A DNA stretch of 64,000 nt from Macrostomum lignano (GCA_002269645.1 NIVC01000620.1:310001-374000), one strand, 5' to 3'. Positions 13,634-22,861 are shown, counted from the first letter of the stretch. A program made the numbers and translations. The notes: generated by a model from the sequence alone, not told the origin.

Positions 13634-13759
13634 CGATACCAGAAGAGCTGGCACAAGGCATGGCAGCAATGGACGCAGATGAAGGCTCAGCACCCGACGG
13701 ACTGGCAGAGGACTCAACTGTGGATGTCGAACATGATGGAGGCGACGCAGCCATTGCTC
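13634..13759 (+). CDS. Putative upstream exon of the MAP7-like gene
   Basis: TTTTGCAG acceptor, open 126-nt phase 1-1 exon (AIPEELAQGMAAMDADEG…), GTGAGT donor; phase-compatible with exon 26424. Confidence 0.6.
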
Positions 13760-14249
13760 GTGAGTCGCTTTTGTCTATGGCAGTGAGCCAATATTGAGCA
13801 ACCATTTCGGATAGCAAAGATGCAGTTAAGAGAAGTAAGGGAAGATTTTTTTGATTCAGACGTCAATCAACTTCACTTCCTGTCTGCCTCCGGCTGATTT
13901 CCTATCACACTATCGAGCAGAGTTATAGAATCATTGCTAATTGCGCACTGGAACCACTTCATTCACCCTCTCTAACCCGCAAAAAATAAACTCGCATTTT
14001 AGCTGAAGAAAATTCACTTCCGTCACTGTATTATTATTGACTTCCTGCTTGCAGAGTTTTCTTGCCCAACTATTAATGTGTTGTGACCTGTGTCACAGTG
14101 CTCCCCTGGTGCAAGTGCACTTTGATAGTTGTTGACTTTGGTAGTTGATTATTGTTACCCCCCCCCCCCCCCCCGGCTCAAGCCAGTCTGGAGCTATGAG
14201 CCCTTTGGCTGAGCCTCTGCTCTCTTTCTCTCTCTCTCCCTTTGGCTAG

Positions 14250-14500
14250 CCGTGCTGATTGGCTGGGCCTCTGCTCTCTCTCCCTCTCCCTGGCCGTGCG
14301 CGCTTCCACCCTCCCCTCGCCGCAGCCAATCAGCTGTCAATCAGCTCCATTGTTTAAGCCCTTTCTCCCCCCCCTTGTTTGCGCCCCTGCCCCTTTTTAC
14401 TCGTTATTTAAGGCGACGCTCAGACCCCGCCCCTTTTCTCACCGTGCCTGCGCCCATTTGCGCCCACCGCGATAAATAAACGAACGTGACCAGCGATCAG
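14250..14500 (+). promoter_or_regulatory. LTR U3 core promoter elements
   Basis: Inverted CCAAT boxes (GCTGATTGGCT near 14254, AGCCAATCAGC near 14324); TATA-like/AATAAA GATAAATAAA at 14471-14480, about 28 nt upstream of an initiator-like TCAG immediately before the SL copy. Confidence 0.55.
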
Positions 14501-14542
14501 CCGTAAAGACGGTCTCTTACTGCGAAGACTCAATTTATTGCA
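14501..14542 (+). other. Spliced-leader (SL) sequence copy in the 5' LTR
   Basis: CCGTAAAGACGGTCTCTTACTGCGAAGACTCAATTTATTGCA matches 42 of 44 nt of the Macrostomum SL as recalled (…TTTATTGCATG). The terminal ATG is replaced (GCAATCG) and no GT donor follows. Confidence 0.85.
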
Positions 14543-14664
14543 ATCGATCGGCCTTCCCGTGTATGAGTGCTATAATCGACCCGGCCCGGTAAGCTGTCGA
14601 AACAATTGCCTGTGTTCCTCGGGGTCGCTCTCCTGATCTCTCTCTCTCTCACTCTCTCCTCAGT

Positions 14665-14865
14665 CTGACTCACCAGGCTGTCGAGTGGCCGACCGCCCGC
14701 AGCCCTCTCTCTCTTCCTTGACTCACCAGGCTGTCGAGTGGCCGCCCGCCCACAGCCCTCTCTCTTTTCCTTGATTCACCAGGCTGTCGAGTGGCCGACC
14801 GCCCGCAGCCCTCTCTCTCTTCCTTGACTCACCAGGCTGTCGAGTGGCCGCCCGCCCACAGCCGC
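14665..14865 (+). repeat. 53-bp tandem repeat x4 in the LTR (also about 22496-22695)
   Basis: TGACTCACCAGGCTGTCGAGTGGCC… units start at 14666, 14719, 14772 and 14825. Confidence 0.85.
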
Positions 14866-15032
14866 CCCTCCCCTCTCTCTCGACTTCTCAACCTTGACCT
14901 CCCCCCGAAGTGTCCGTACGCCTCGGGGTCGCCGATCGAGCTCGTAAGCCCTGGGCAGTCTAGTACCCGAACCCCGACACCGCTACCCGTCGCCCAACCC
15001 GGCCGTGCCAGCGAGGAAGGGGGATACAACAT

Positions 15033-15050
15033 TGGCGCCCGAACAGGGAC
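15033..15050 (+). other. Primer-binding site for tRNA-Lys(UUU)
   Basis: TGGCGCCCGAACAGGGAC starts 1 nt after the 5' LTR; the same 18-mer as the HIV-1 tRNA-Lys3 PBS. Confidence 0.93.
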
Positions 15051-15074
15051 TGCTCAGTTTGCTTGTGAGCTGTC

Positions 15075-16055
15075 ATGGCGAATGTGGACGAACTGATTCG
15101 GCTGCTAGCCGAGCGTCTGCGAGCGGATGGACCAGCCCAGCCACCGAGACTCCCGAAGCCCGTGAAGTACACGTCAAGCATGAATTTTCGACTCTGGCTG
15201 CGCTCTTTCAACGCTTATTGCGACTCCGCCGAGATTGACGAGGAGCATCGCCGCGAGCACTTGATGAGCATGCTGGATCTCGCTACGGCGTACGCTGCGG
15301 TCGATAATCTGAACCTGCCGGGACCCGACGATCCTGTGGATCCGCTGGACTACGAGGGATTCACCGCCCGGTTGGAGGCTCGCTTCTCCCGGTACCGGAC
15401 AGAGCAGGACAGCAAGGTCGAGCTAAAAACCCGAGATCAGAAGGATGGCGAGTCGTTGGAGGCCTACGCAGATGCTCTCCTTGAACTGGTGCGCTGTGCC
15501 TACCCGGCGGCAACTGCCGAGCTGCAGGACGACCTCGCGAAGGATCGCTTCATGCAAGGGGTGAGACTCTCCGACCTCCAGCGAGAGAAGCTCTACCTGC
15601 AGCAGCCCGAAGGTCTGGTGGCAGCACAACGCGCGGTGAGGCAGCTCGAGGCGGCGTCCAAGGCGGCGAAGGGACCGAGATCGGCTGGAGCAACTGGCAG
15701 CGGCCACCGAGGAGTCTTCGTGGTGAGCGGCGCGGCGGAATCTGTGCCTCGGGAGGATGGAGCCTACTCCCAAGAAAAGGACAAAGAGCTCGAGGAGTTG
15801 AAGAAACTGGTGAGGCAGCTTCAAGGCAAAGTGGTTCAGCTCGAGTCGCTGAGAGCGGAACCGCATAGCAGCGCCGCAGCTCGACCGACCGACTCCGACG
15901 AAGGCGACCATCAGAAGCCTCGACGAACGGGAGGAATTCGCTGCTTCTTCTGCAACAAGCCAGGGCACATCGCGACTAACTGCCCAACCCGTCAGCAACA
16001 GGGAAACGGCAAGGGGAACTTCCGCAGGGGCGAGGGAGTTCCGCCGAGACAGTAG
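15075..16055 (+). CDS. gag: Gag polyprotein (326 aa) with CCHC zinc knuckle
   Basis: ATG 24 nt after the PBS; C-X2-C-X4-H-X4-C motif CFFCNKPGHIATNC near the C-terminus. Confidence 0.93.
   Translation: MANVDELIRLLAERLRADGPAQPPRLPKPVKYTSSMNFRLWLRSFNAYCDSAEIDEEHRREHLMSMLDLATAYAAVDNLNLPGPDDPVDPLDYEGFTARLEARFSRYRTEQDSKVELKTRDQKDGESLEAYADALLELVRCAYPAATAELQDDLAKDRFMQGVRLSDLQREKLYLQQPEGLVAAQRAVRQLEAASKAAKGPRSAGATGSGHRGVFVVSGAAESVPREDGAYSQEKDKELEELKKLVRQLQGKVVQLESLRAEPHSSAAARPTDSDEGDHQKPRRTGGIRCFFCNKPGHIATNCPTRQQQGNGKGNFRRGEGVPPRQ
16001..16045 (+). promoter_or_regulatory. -1 programmed ribosomal frameshift signal
   Basis: G GGA AAC heptamer in correct gag phase (16001-16007), 7-nt spacer, 9-bp stem 16015-16023/16034-16042. 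The -1 frame is open from 15980 into the protease. Confidence 0.8.
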
Positions 16056-19000
16056 AGGCCCCAACCCGAGACGAAGATGCAGCCCCGGAGCGACGTGCAG
16101 CAGGATGTCCGGCGGACTGCTCAAGAGATAGAGATCAACCTGCAACAGCTTTTAATCCCGTGTCAATCTACGTGTCGGTAAAAATTGGCGAGATTGAGTT
16201 GCCGTGTCTGTTGGATTCGGGCTCGGTCATGTCGCTGGTGAACGAGAGGACCTGGCGGCAGTTGAGCAAGTCGGTTCGAGTTGAACTCAGCCCTTCGGAA
16301 ACCCACCTGATCTCAGCGAACGGAACTCCCATGAATGTGTTAGGATGCGCGTCGCTTCCCCTACAGTTCGGATCAGAAACTTTACAGACGCCAATTGCGG
16401 TGGTCCAAGGGGTCGGCTACGAACTGTTGCTAGGCACCGACTTCTTACGCCGCCACCGGTGCCAAATCGATTTCGCCGGAGGAGTTTTCCGCGTGAACGG
16501 TTCACGTGTGCCAATCCGAGAGACCAAGCACAAACCAGTCGTCTGCCGGTTGTACCTGAACGAAAACTTGATCATTCCGGCCAATCACGAACGGACCGTC
16601 TCAGCCAGGATTCGGAGAACAGCGACACAGAATTCCGGAGTGCTCGGCGTCGCCGAGCCAGACGAAAAACTGAAGAGCGATGAGAGACCAATGCTAGCCA
16701 GGAGCGTCTGCCTCATCCAGCAGGGCAACACCCTACCAGTTCACTTCGCGAATGTCACGGACTCCGAGCTGCGGCTGCGGAAGGGAGCTGTCATCGGCTG
16801 GTTTCGACCATCAGATCCGGCTCAAGAGGTTCTGGTAGCCAGCATCGAAGAGCAAGCGTCGGTTTTACGACCCAGCTGCGATCCATGGGACCCAGAGGCG
16901 GCACTGAACCAGCACGGCTCCAAGCAGCTCACGGGGGCAGACAAAGCGAGTTTCCTAAGATTGGTGAATCGATACGCAGATGTTTTCGCAGAGAGTACAG
17001 CGCGCCTCGGGACGACGGACATCGTGCAGCATGAAATTGAGACCACCGGAACAGCCGTAAAACAGCCTCCGCGACGGCTACCGCCACATTGGCGCGGCGA
17101 AGTCGACCGACAAATCGACGAGCTTTTGGCAACGAAGATGATTGAACCGACCCAATCGCCGTGGAGTTCGCCAGTGGTCTGTGTCCGTAAGAAGAATGGG
17201 GAACTGCGACTGTGTGTCGACTACAGAGAGTTGAATCAACGAACTGTCAAGGACGCCATAGCAATCCCGCGTGTCGATGACGCACTTGAAGCGCTCGGAG
17301 GTGCGGCTGTATTTTCGACGCTCGACCTTTGCTCCGGCTATTGGCAAGTTAAGGTCAAAAGGGAGGATCAAGAAAAGACTGCTTTTGTCATTCCGCATCG
17401 GGGCAATTCGCGTTCAAGGTGCTGCCCTTCGGATTGACCAATGCGCCGGCGACATTCACAAGGTTGATGAATATGGTACTACACGACCTTCTGTGGAAAA
17501 TGGCGCTCGTCTACATCGACGATATCATCATTTGGTCCCGAACTGTCAGCGAGCATCTAACGAATCTCGAGGCGGTATTCCAGCGCCTGCGCGCAGCCAA
17601 CTTGAGGCTAAAGCCATCTAAGTGCAGATTCCTGGCCGATGAGGTCAAATTCCTTGGCCACGTCGTGTCAAAGGACGGAATCGATGTCGACCCGGAGAAG
17701 ATCAAGGAAGTCCGTGACTGGAGCATTCCAAGAAATGCAAAAGACCTTCAGTCGTTCCTGGGTCTGGCTGGTTACTACCGAAACTTCATACCAGAATTCT
17801 CGATAGTCGCTGCACCACTTTTTGATCTGACAAAGAAAGACAAGCCGTTCAGTTGGAGAGAGGAACACGATGAGGCCTTCAAAAAGCTGAAAGAAGAATT
17901 GACCGGTTGCCGCGTGATGGCCTACCCGAACTTCGACCCCACGGCTGGTGAGTTCATCTTGGATACCGATGGAAGTACCCGACAGGGTCTCGGAGCAGTC
18001 TTGTCGCAGGTACAAGAAGACGGGTCAGAGCGGGTTATTGCGTACGGGAGTCGGCGTCTGCAAGGGGCCGAATTCAACTATTGCACGACACGAATCGAGC
18101 TCCTGGCGCTGGTGACATTCGCAGAGAGGTTCCGGTACTATCTACTTGGCCGGAGGTTCCGGGTGCGCACCGACCACGCAAGTCTGCAGTGGCTCCGAAG
18201 TATGAGGCAGCCGGAAGGCCAGTTGGCTCGGTGGATGGAGAGGTTGGCGCCATTCGACTTCGCAGTGGAGCATCGGCCAGGGGCGCGTCATCAGAATGCG
18301 GACGCGCTGTCACGCAAGCCGCGCGACGACATCCCGAAATGGATAACTGCCCGTCGTGCCGGACTGATGACCTCCCCGGGGTCAGGGTAACGACGCTGCT
18401 CGGGTTGCTCAGCCGAGATGAGCTGGCAGCAGCACAAGCTGTGGACAACGACATCGCTCCAGTTTACCAGTCGATGCACGCCGGCCGAGCAAACGAAGAG
18501 CCACCTCGGGGTGCGTCACCAACGACCCGAGCCATCTGGGCACAAAAGCCTCGGCTGGAAATTGTGGACAACACCCTCGTCATCAAGGATCTGGGACGTC
18601 ACCCACCGCGGGCTGTTCTCCCGAAGAAATTGATCCCCGACGCTCTGCAGACGCTGCACTCTGGACCAGGAGGTGGACACTTCGGCGTAGCAAAGACTCT
18701 GGAGAAAGTCAGGAACCGATTCTGGAGACCCGGCTTGAAGCGAGAGGTCGAGGAGTTTGTGCGAAGGTGTGACGACTGTAACCGGAGCAAGCCCGGGATG
18801 CGGCGGAAGGCCCCATTGGAGCCGATTCCCAGCAGCCATGTGTTTGAAAGAGTGATGGTGGATTTGATTGGACCACTGCCAACCAGCGTCCGAGGCAACA
18901 AATACATACTGACGATGCAGGACGCGTTCAGTAAGTGGCCAGTGGCAGTACCGGTGCCAGATCAGACGGCCAGCACCTGTGCAAGGGCAATGCTCGAGGA

Positions 19001-19976
19001 GTGGGTCTGTCACTACGGAGCCCCAGGAACAATCCACTCGGATCAGGGAGCCAATTTCGAGTCGCAATTGATCGGCCAGCTGTGCGAAAGTCTGAATATC
19101 CGAAAGACGCGTACGACCGCCTATCACCCCTCTGGAAACGGCCAAGTGGAAAGCTTCAATAAGACGCTGACTGCAGTGATCCGGGCGCACCTGGTGAAGG
19201 AGCCGGATCAGAGGCGGTGGGACGAATTCGTTGCCCCGGCGCTCATGGCGTATCGCTCCAGTGTGCACCGCGGCACCGGCTACTCACCCTTCTTCCTTCT
19301 GCATGGTCGCGAGATGTCTCTGCCAGTTGACTTGGGAGTGGCGCGCCCACTGGACATCGAACCGTACTGCGAGGAAGTCCAGAACCTGCGGGAGACGCTC
19401 GTGGAAGCCCATCGGGTGGTGCGTGAGAGAATAACGTCATATCAACGAGTGCAGAAAGACTGGTACGACCGGAAGGTGAAGGGTCGAGAATTCGTGGCTG
19501 GCGACGAGGTGTTCGTCTACAACCCCGTGTTGAAGGCCGGTGCCAAAGCGAAGCTCCACTCACCCTGGACCGGACCTGCCGTAGTTCTCGAGAAGCTGTC
19601 GGAGACGCGCTATAGGATTCGACAGGAAGGTCGACGGAAGCCGATCAAGGTGGTGCACTTTAACAACCTCCTGCCTCGGTACCGGAAGTACCCGGTCGAC
19701 GGCACCGGTGGCCCTCGGCGTCCTGCACCAAGGAGGTACCACCCAGGTCCTGCTCAAGAGACGGAATCCGTCAGGGAGGACTCGCAGGAATCGGACGATG
19801 AGGATGAGGAGCGATGGTGGCGACATTCCGGGCGGGTTCGAGAGGAGGGAGAACCAATGGATGTGCAGCAGCCAGGAGTGCAGCCGCAGCCGGAAGCGCC
19901 AGTTGAAGTCATCGAAGGTCGACCCCAGAGGGATCGAAGGGTTCCGCAGCGTTATGGAACGCCCGTTTATTATTAA
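16008..19976 (+). CDS. pol: Pol polyprotein (protease, RT, RNase H, integrase) with two single-base frameshifts
   Basis: LLDSGS protease; LDLCSGYWQ, LPFGL and YIDD in RT; DTDGS…GLGAVL, TDH and ADALSR in RNase H; HHCC, D-D-E and GPY/F-like WTGP in integrase. Frame breaks at a GGGG run (17400-17403) and a CCC run (about 18333-18335). Confidence 0.92.
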
Positions 19977-20026
19977 GAGCGGACGTGAGTGCGTGCGCAA
20001 TGTCGCGTCATCTCCTGCGTCATAAA

Positions 20027-20195
20027 TAATTGGTTCGAAGCATCATCCGCGTCATCACCTGCGTCATCAACATTTGGTTCGAAGCATCATCCGCGTCATC
20101 ACCTGCGTCATCAACATTTGGTTCGAAGCATCATCCGCGTCATCACCTGCGTCATCAACATTTGGTTCGAAGCATCGTCTGCGTCATCACCCGCG
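20027..20195 (+). repeat. 44-bp tandem repeat (about 3.8 units) between pol and ORF3
   Basis: CATTTGGTTCGAAGCATCATCCGCGTCATCACCTGCGTCATCAA at 20071, 20115 and 20159. Confidence 0.85.
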
Positions 20196-20397
20196 TTATT
20201 GAAAACTGGGCTCGTGTTATTGCCTCTGCTTCACAAACAAAAATATATATTTCCCCTCTTAAGGCCCGTCAGTGGAGGTCCCACCTGCCCAACCCTGCCA
20301 TCAGGGATGAAGGATCGGCGCCCCAAAGAGGCTCGAAGGAACCATTGCCCTGCTCTCAAAAGTGAGTCGTGGTTGTTGCAGGCACTGCTTTCCGGGC

Positions 20398-21279
20398 ATG
20401 GACCTCTACGCCGAGTTTGGTGTCAGCCCCTTCGCGACGGAGGAGGAGCTGCGACGTGCGTACCGCCGTGAGAGCCTGCGACGGCACCCCGACAAGTGTG
20501 GACCCGGTGGAACGGAGAATTTCCAGAGGCTGCAGCATGCGAGTGCGGTCCTGCTGTGTCCGTTTCGACGAGCGCTGTACGACCGGTTCGGGCAGGATGC
20601 CGTTAGCAACCCGCTCGAGTGCGCCCGGTATTTTGTCCCGCCGGATGGGATGTGCGTCCCGGAGGAGTTTGTCGTAACGATTGAAGACGAAACAGAAGAG
20701 TCAGACGAGGACAGGGAGTCGGAAGGAAGCGAGCGTGGTGGTTGCGGCGGCGAGGAGACTGCTCAGAGCTGCTGTGAAATCACGCAGTCAGAGGAAGAAG
20801 AGCTCTTGAATGAATCCGACGGCGAAACTTCGATGTCAGAAGACGAACCGGAGCTCGTCATCGACCAACGGGAGTCGCCAGCGTGGCTGATGAGGAGCGA
20901 GCCGAGTACCGAGGTGGAATACACCTGGAGCGGGGAGGCAACGCAGCGAAGAGCTCGAATCCGGTCGGAGCTTCGGCACGCTTTGTTGTCGGGGAGTCCA
21001 GCTGCGATGTTCCGGCTTTTGACTGAAATGGTGGGACTGTGCGGCAGCGAGCGGCTGGATCATCGACGCGAAATCGCCGAGCTTTTGGCTCAGACTGTCA
21101 AGTTCATTCTCCGTGACATCAGCGCCAAGTGTCGGGGTCATGCTCGGCGTGTCTGGCGGCGGCCTGCCTTCAAGCGAAGCACTCGGTTCGTCATGAGTGT
21201 TGCGATCCCTCAGTTTGAACTAATCGACGGAGGACGCGTGTTGGGGTTGTTGCGCCGGGCGGCGGAGGTGGCGGTCTAG
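20398..21279 (+). CDS. ORF3: J-domain (DnaJ/Hsp40-type, HPD) protein, 293 aa, carried inside the retrotransposon
   Basis: N-terminal 65 aa DLYAEFGV…ELRRAYRRESLRRHPDK…FQRLQHASAVL…RRALYDRFG follows the J-domain pattern (HPD at 20485-20493); then an acidic linker and a predicted helical C-terminal region. Lies between pol and the 3' LTR. Confidence 0.88.
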   Translation: MDLYAEFGVSPFATEEELRRAYRRESLRRHPDKCGPGGTENFQRLQHASAVLLCPFRRALYDRFGQDAVSNPLECARYFVPPDGMCVPEEFVVTIEDETEESDEDRESEGSERGGCGGEETAQSCCEITQSEEEELLNESDGETSMSEDEPELVIDQRESPAWLMRSEPSTEVEYTWSGEATQRRARIRSELRHALLSGSPAAMFRLLTEMVGLCGSERLDHRREIAELLAQTVKFILRDISAKCRGHARRVWRRPAFKRSTRFVMSVAIPQFELIDGGRVLGLLRRAAEVAV

Positions 21280-21409
21280 GGGGTTCTGGGGCAGGATGCC
21301 AGGGCGGGCAAGAGACCTTCACTCCTTCATTTCATCCCATCTCTCCTCTGATCGTCGTTGTGATCCCTCTGTTTGGCACTGGGAGCGGCCCCGAAGGAAG
21401 GGCGGGGAA

Positions 21410-21815
21410 CACTCTCGGCCATGCCCGGCGCTCTCGGTCGTTGCCCGGCATTCTCGGCCGCTGCCCGGCATTCTCGGCCGCTGTCCGGCACTCTCGGCCA
21501 TGCCCGGCGTTCTCGGTCGCTGCCCGGCATTCTCGGCCGCTGCCCGGCATTCTCGGCCGCTGTCCGGCACTCTCGGCCATGCCCGGCGTTCTCGGCCATG
21601 CCCGGCGTTCTCGGTCGCTGCCCGGCATTCTCGGCCGCTGTCCGGCATTCTCGGCCATGCCAGGCGTTCTCGGCCGCTGCCCGGCATTCTCGGTCGCTGT
21701 CCGGCATTCTCGGCCATGCCCGGCGTTTTCGGCCACAGTCCGGCATTCTCGGCCGTGCCCGGTGTTCTCGGCCTGTCCGACATCCTCGGCCCCTGTCCTG
21801 CGCTCTCGGCCGCTG
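21410..21815 (+). repeat. GC-rich 19-21-bp tandem array in the element's 3' UTR
   Basis: CCGGCATTCTCGGCCGCTGC / CCGGCGTTCTCGGCCATGC variants. Confidence 0.85.
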
Positions 21816-21906
21816 CCTGACACTCTTGGTCTCTTTCATTCAGTTTCATTTCATTACATTTTTTTTTCATTTTCATTCAGTCAAAGCGCGTCGTTTTCTT
21901 TTTTTT

Positions 21907-21917
21907 AGGGGGGAGGG
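21907..21917 (+). other. Polypurine tract
   Basis: AGGGGGGAGGG directly abuts the TG of the 3' LTR, preceded by a T run. Confidence 0.92.
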
Positions 21918-22861
21918 TGTTGTGACCTGTGTCACAGTGCTCCCCTGGTGCAAGTGCACTTTGATAGTTGTTGACTTTGGTAGTTGATTATTGTTACCCC
22001 CCCCCGGCTCAAGCCAGTCTGGAGCTATGAGCCCTTTGGCTGAGCCTCTGCTCTCTTTCTCTCTCTCTCCCTTTGGCTAGCCGTGCTGATTGGCTGGGCC
22101 TCTGCTCTCTCTCCCTCTCCCTGGCCGTGCGCGCTTCCACCCTCCCCTCGCCGCAGCCAATCAGCTGTCAATCAGCTCCATTGTTTAAGCCCTTTCTCCC
22201 CCCCCTTGTTTGCGCCCCTGCCCCTTTTTACTCGTTATTTAAGGCGACGCTCAGACCCCGCCCCTTTTCTCACCGTGCCTGCGCCCATTTGCGCCCACCG
22301 CGATAAATAAACGAACGTGACCAGCGATCAGCCGTAAAGACGGTCTCTTACTGCGAAGACTCAATTTATTGCAATCGATCGGCCTTCCCGTGTATGAGTG
22401 CTATAATCGACCCGGCCCGGTAAGCTGTCGAAACAATTGCCTGTGTTCCTCGGGTCGCTCTCCTGATCTCTCTCTCTCTCACTCTCTCCTCAGTCTGACT
22501 CACCAGGCTGTCGAGTGGCCGACCGCCCGCAGCCCTCTCTCTCTTCCTTGACTCACCAGGCTGTCGAGTGGCCGCCCGCCCACAGCCCTCTCTCTTTTCC
22601 TTGATTCACCAGGCTGTCGAGTGGCCGACCGCCCGCAGCCCTCTCTCTCTTCCTTGACTCACCAGGCTGTCGAGTGGCCGCCCGCCCACAGCCGCCCCTC
22701 CCCTCTCTCTCGACTTCTCAACCTTGACCTCCCCCCGAAGTGTCCGTACGCCTCGGGGTCGCCGATCGAGCTCGTAAGCCCTGGGCAGTCTAGTACCCGA
22801 ACCCCGACACCGCTACCCGTCGCCCAACCCGGCCGTGCCAGCGAGGAAGGGGGATACAACA
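21918..22861 (+). repeat. 3' LTR (944 bp)
   Basis: Preceded by a polypurine tract, followed by the AATG TSD; near-identical to the 5' LTR. Confidence 0.97.
22332..22373 (+). other. Spliced-leader (SL) sequence copy in the 3' LTR
   Basis: Identical 42-mer at the same offset within the LTR. Confidence 0.85.

Larger units (their letters stand above)
14079..15031 (+). repeat. 5' LTR (953 bp)
   Basis: Begins TGTTGTGACC, ends GATACAACA, followed by the PBS. The 9-bp length difference from the 3' LTR is explained by a C run (17 vs 9) and a G run (4 vs 3). Confidence 0.97.
14079..22861 (+). mobile_element. Full-length Ty3/Gypsy LTR retrotransposon (LTR-PBS-gag-pol[PR-RT-RH-IN]-ORF3-PPT-LTR)
   Basis: Direct repeats 14079-15031 and 21918-22861 with TGTTGT...ACAACA ends; 4-bp TSD AATG (14075-14078 and 22862-22865); PBS, PPT; domain order PR-RT-RNaseH-IN is diagnostic of Gypsy. 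Confidence 0.98.

Noticed and set aside
14501-14600. Functional SL RNA gene
   Set aside because: The terminal ATG is absent, no GT follows the leader, no Sm-binding site is seen, and it is an integral part of both LTRs.
19600-19976. Chromodomain at the integrase C-terminus
   Set aside because: The tail is low-complexity and acidic/proline-rich with no aromatic-cage pattern.
19989-20471. 160-aa ORF overlapping the ORF3 start
   Set aside because: The first half is the translated 44-bp repeat with a GTG start and no recognisable domain; only its 3' part remains possible via splicing.
20398-21279. ORF3 as an envelope protein, or as a T-antigen-like LxCxE Rb binder
   Set aside because: No signal peptide or TM helix; the nearest motif, LECAR, does not fit LxCxE.
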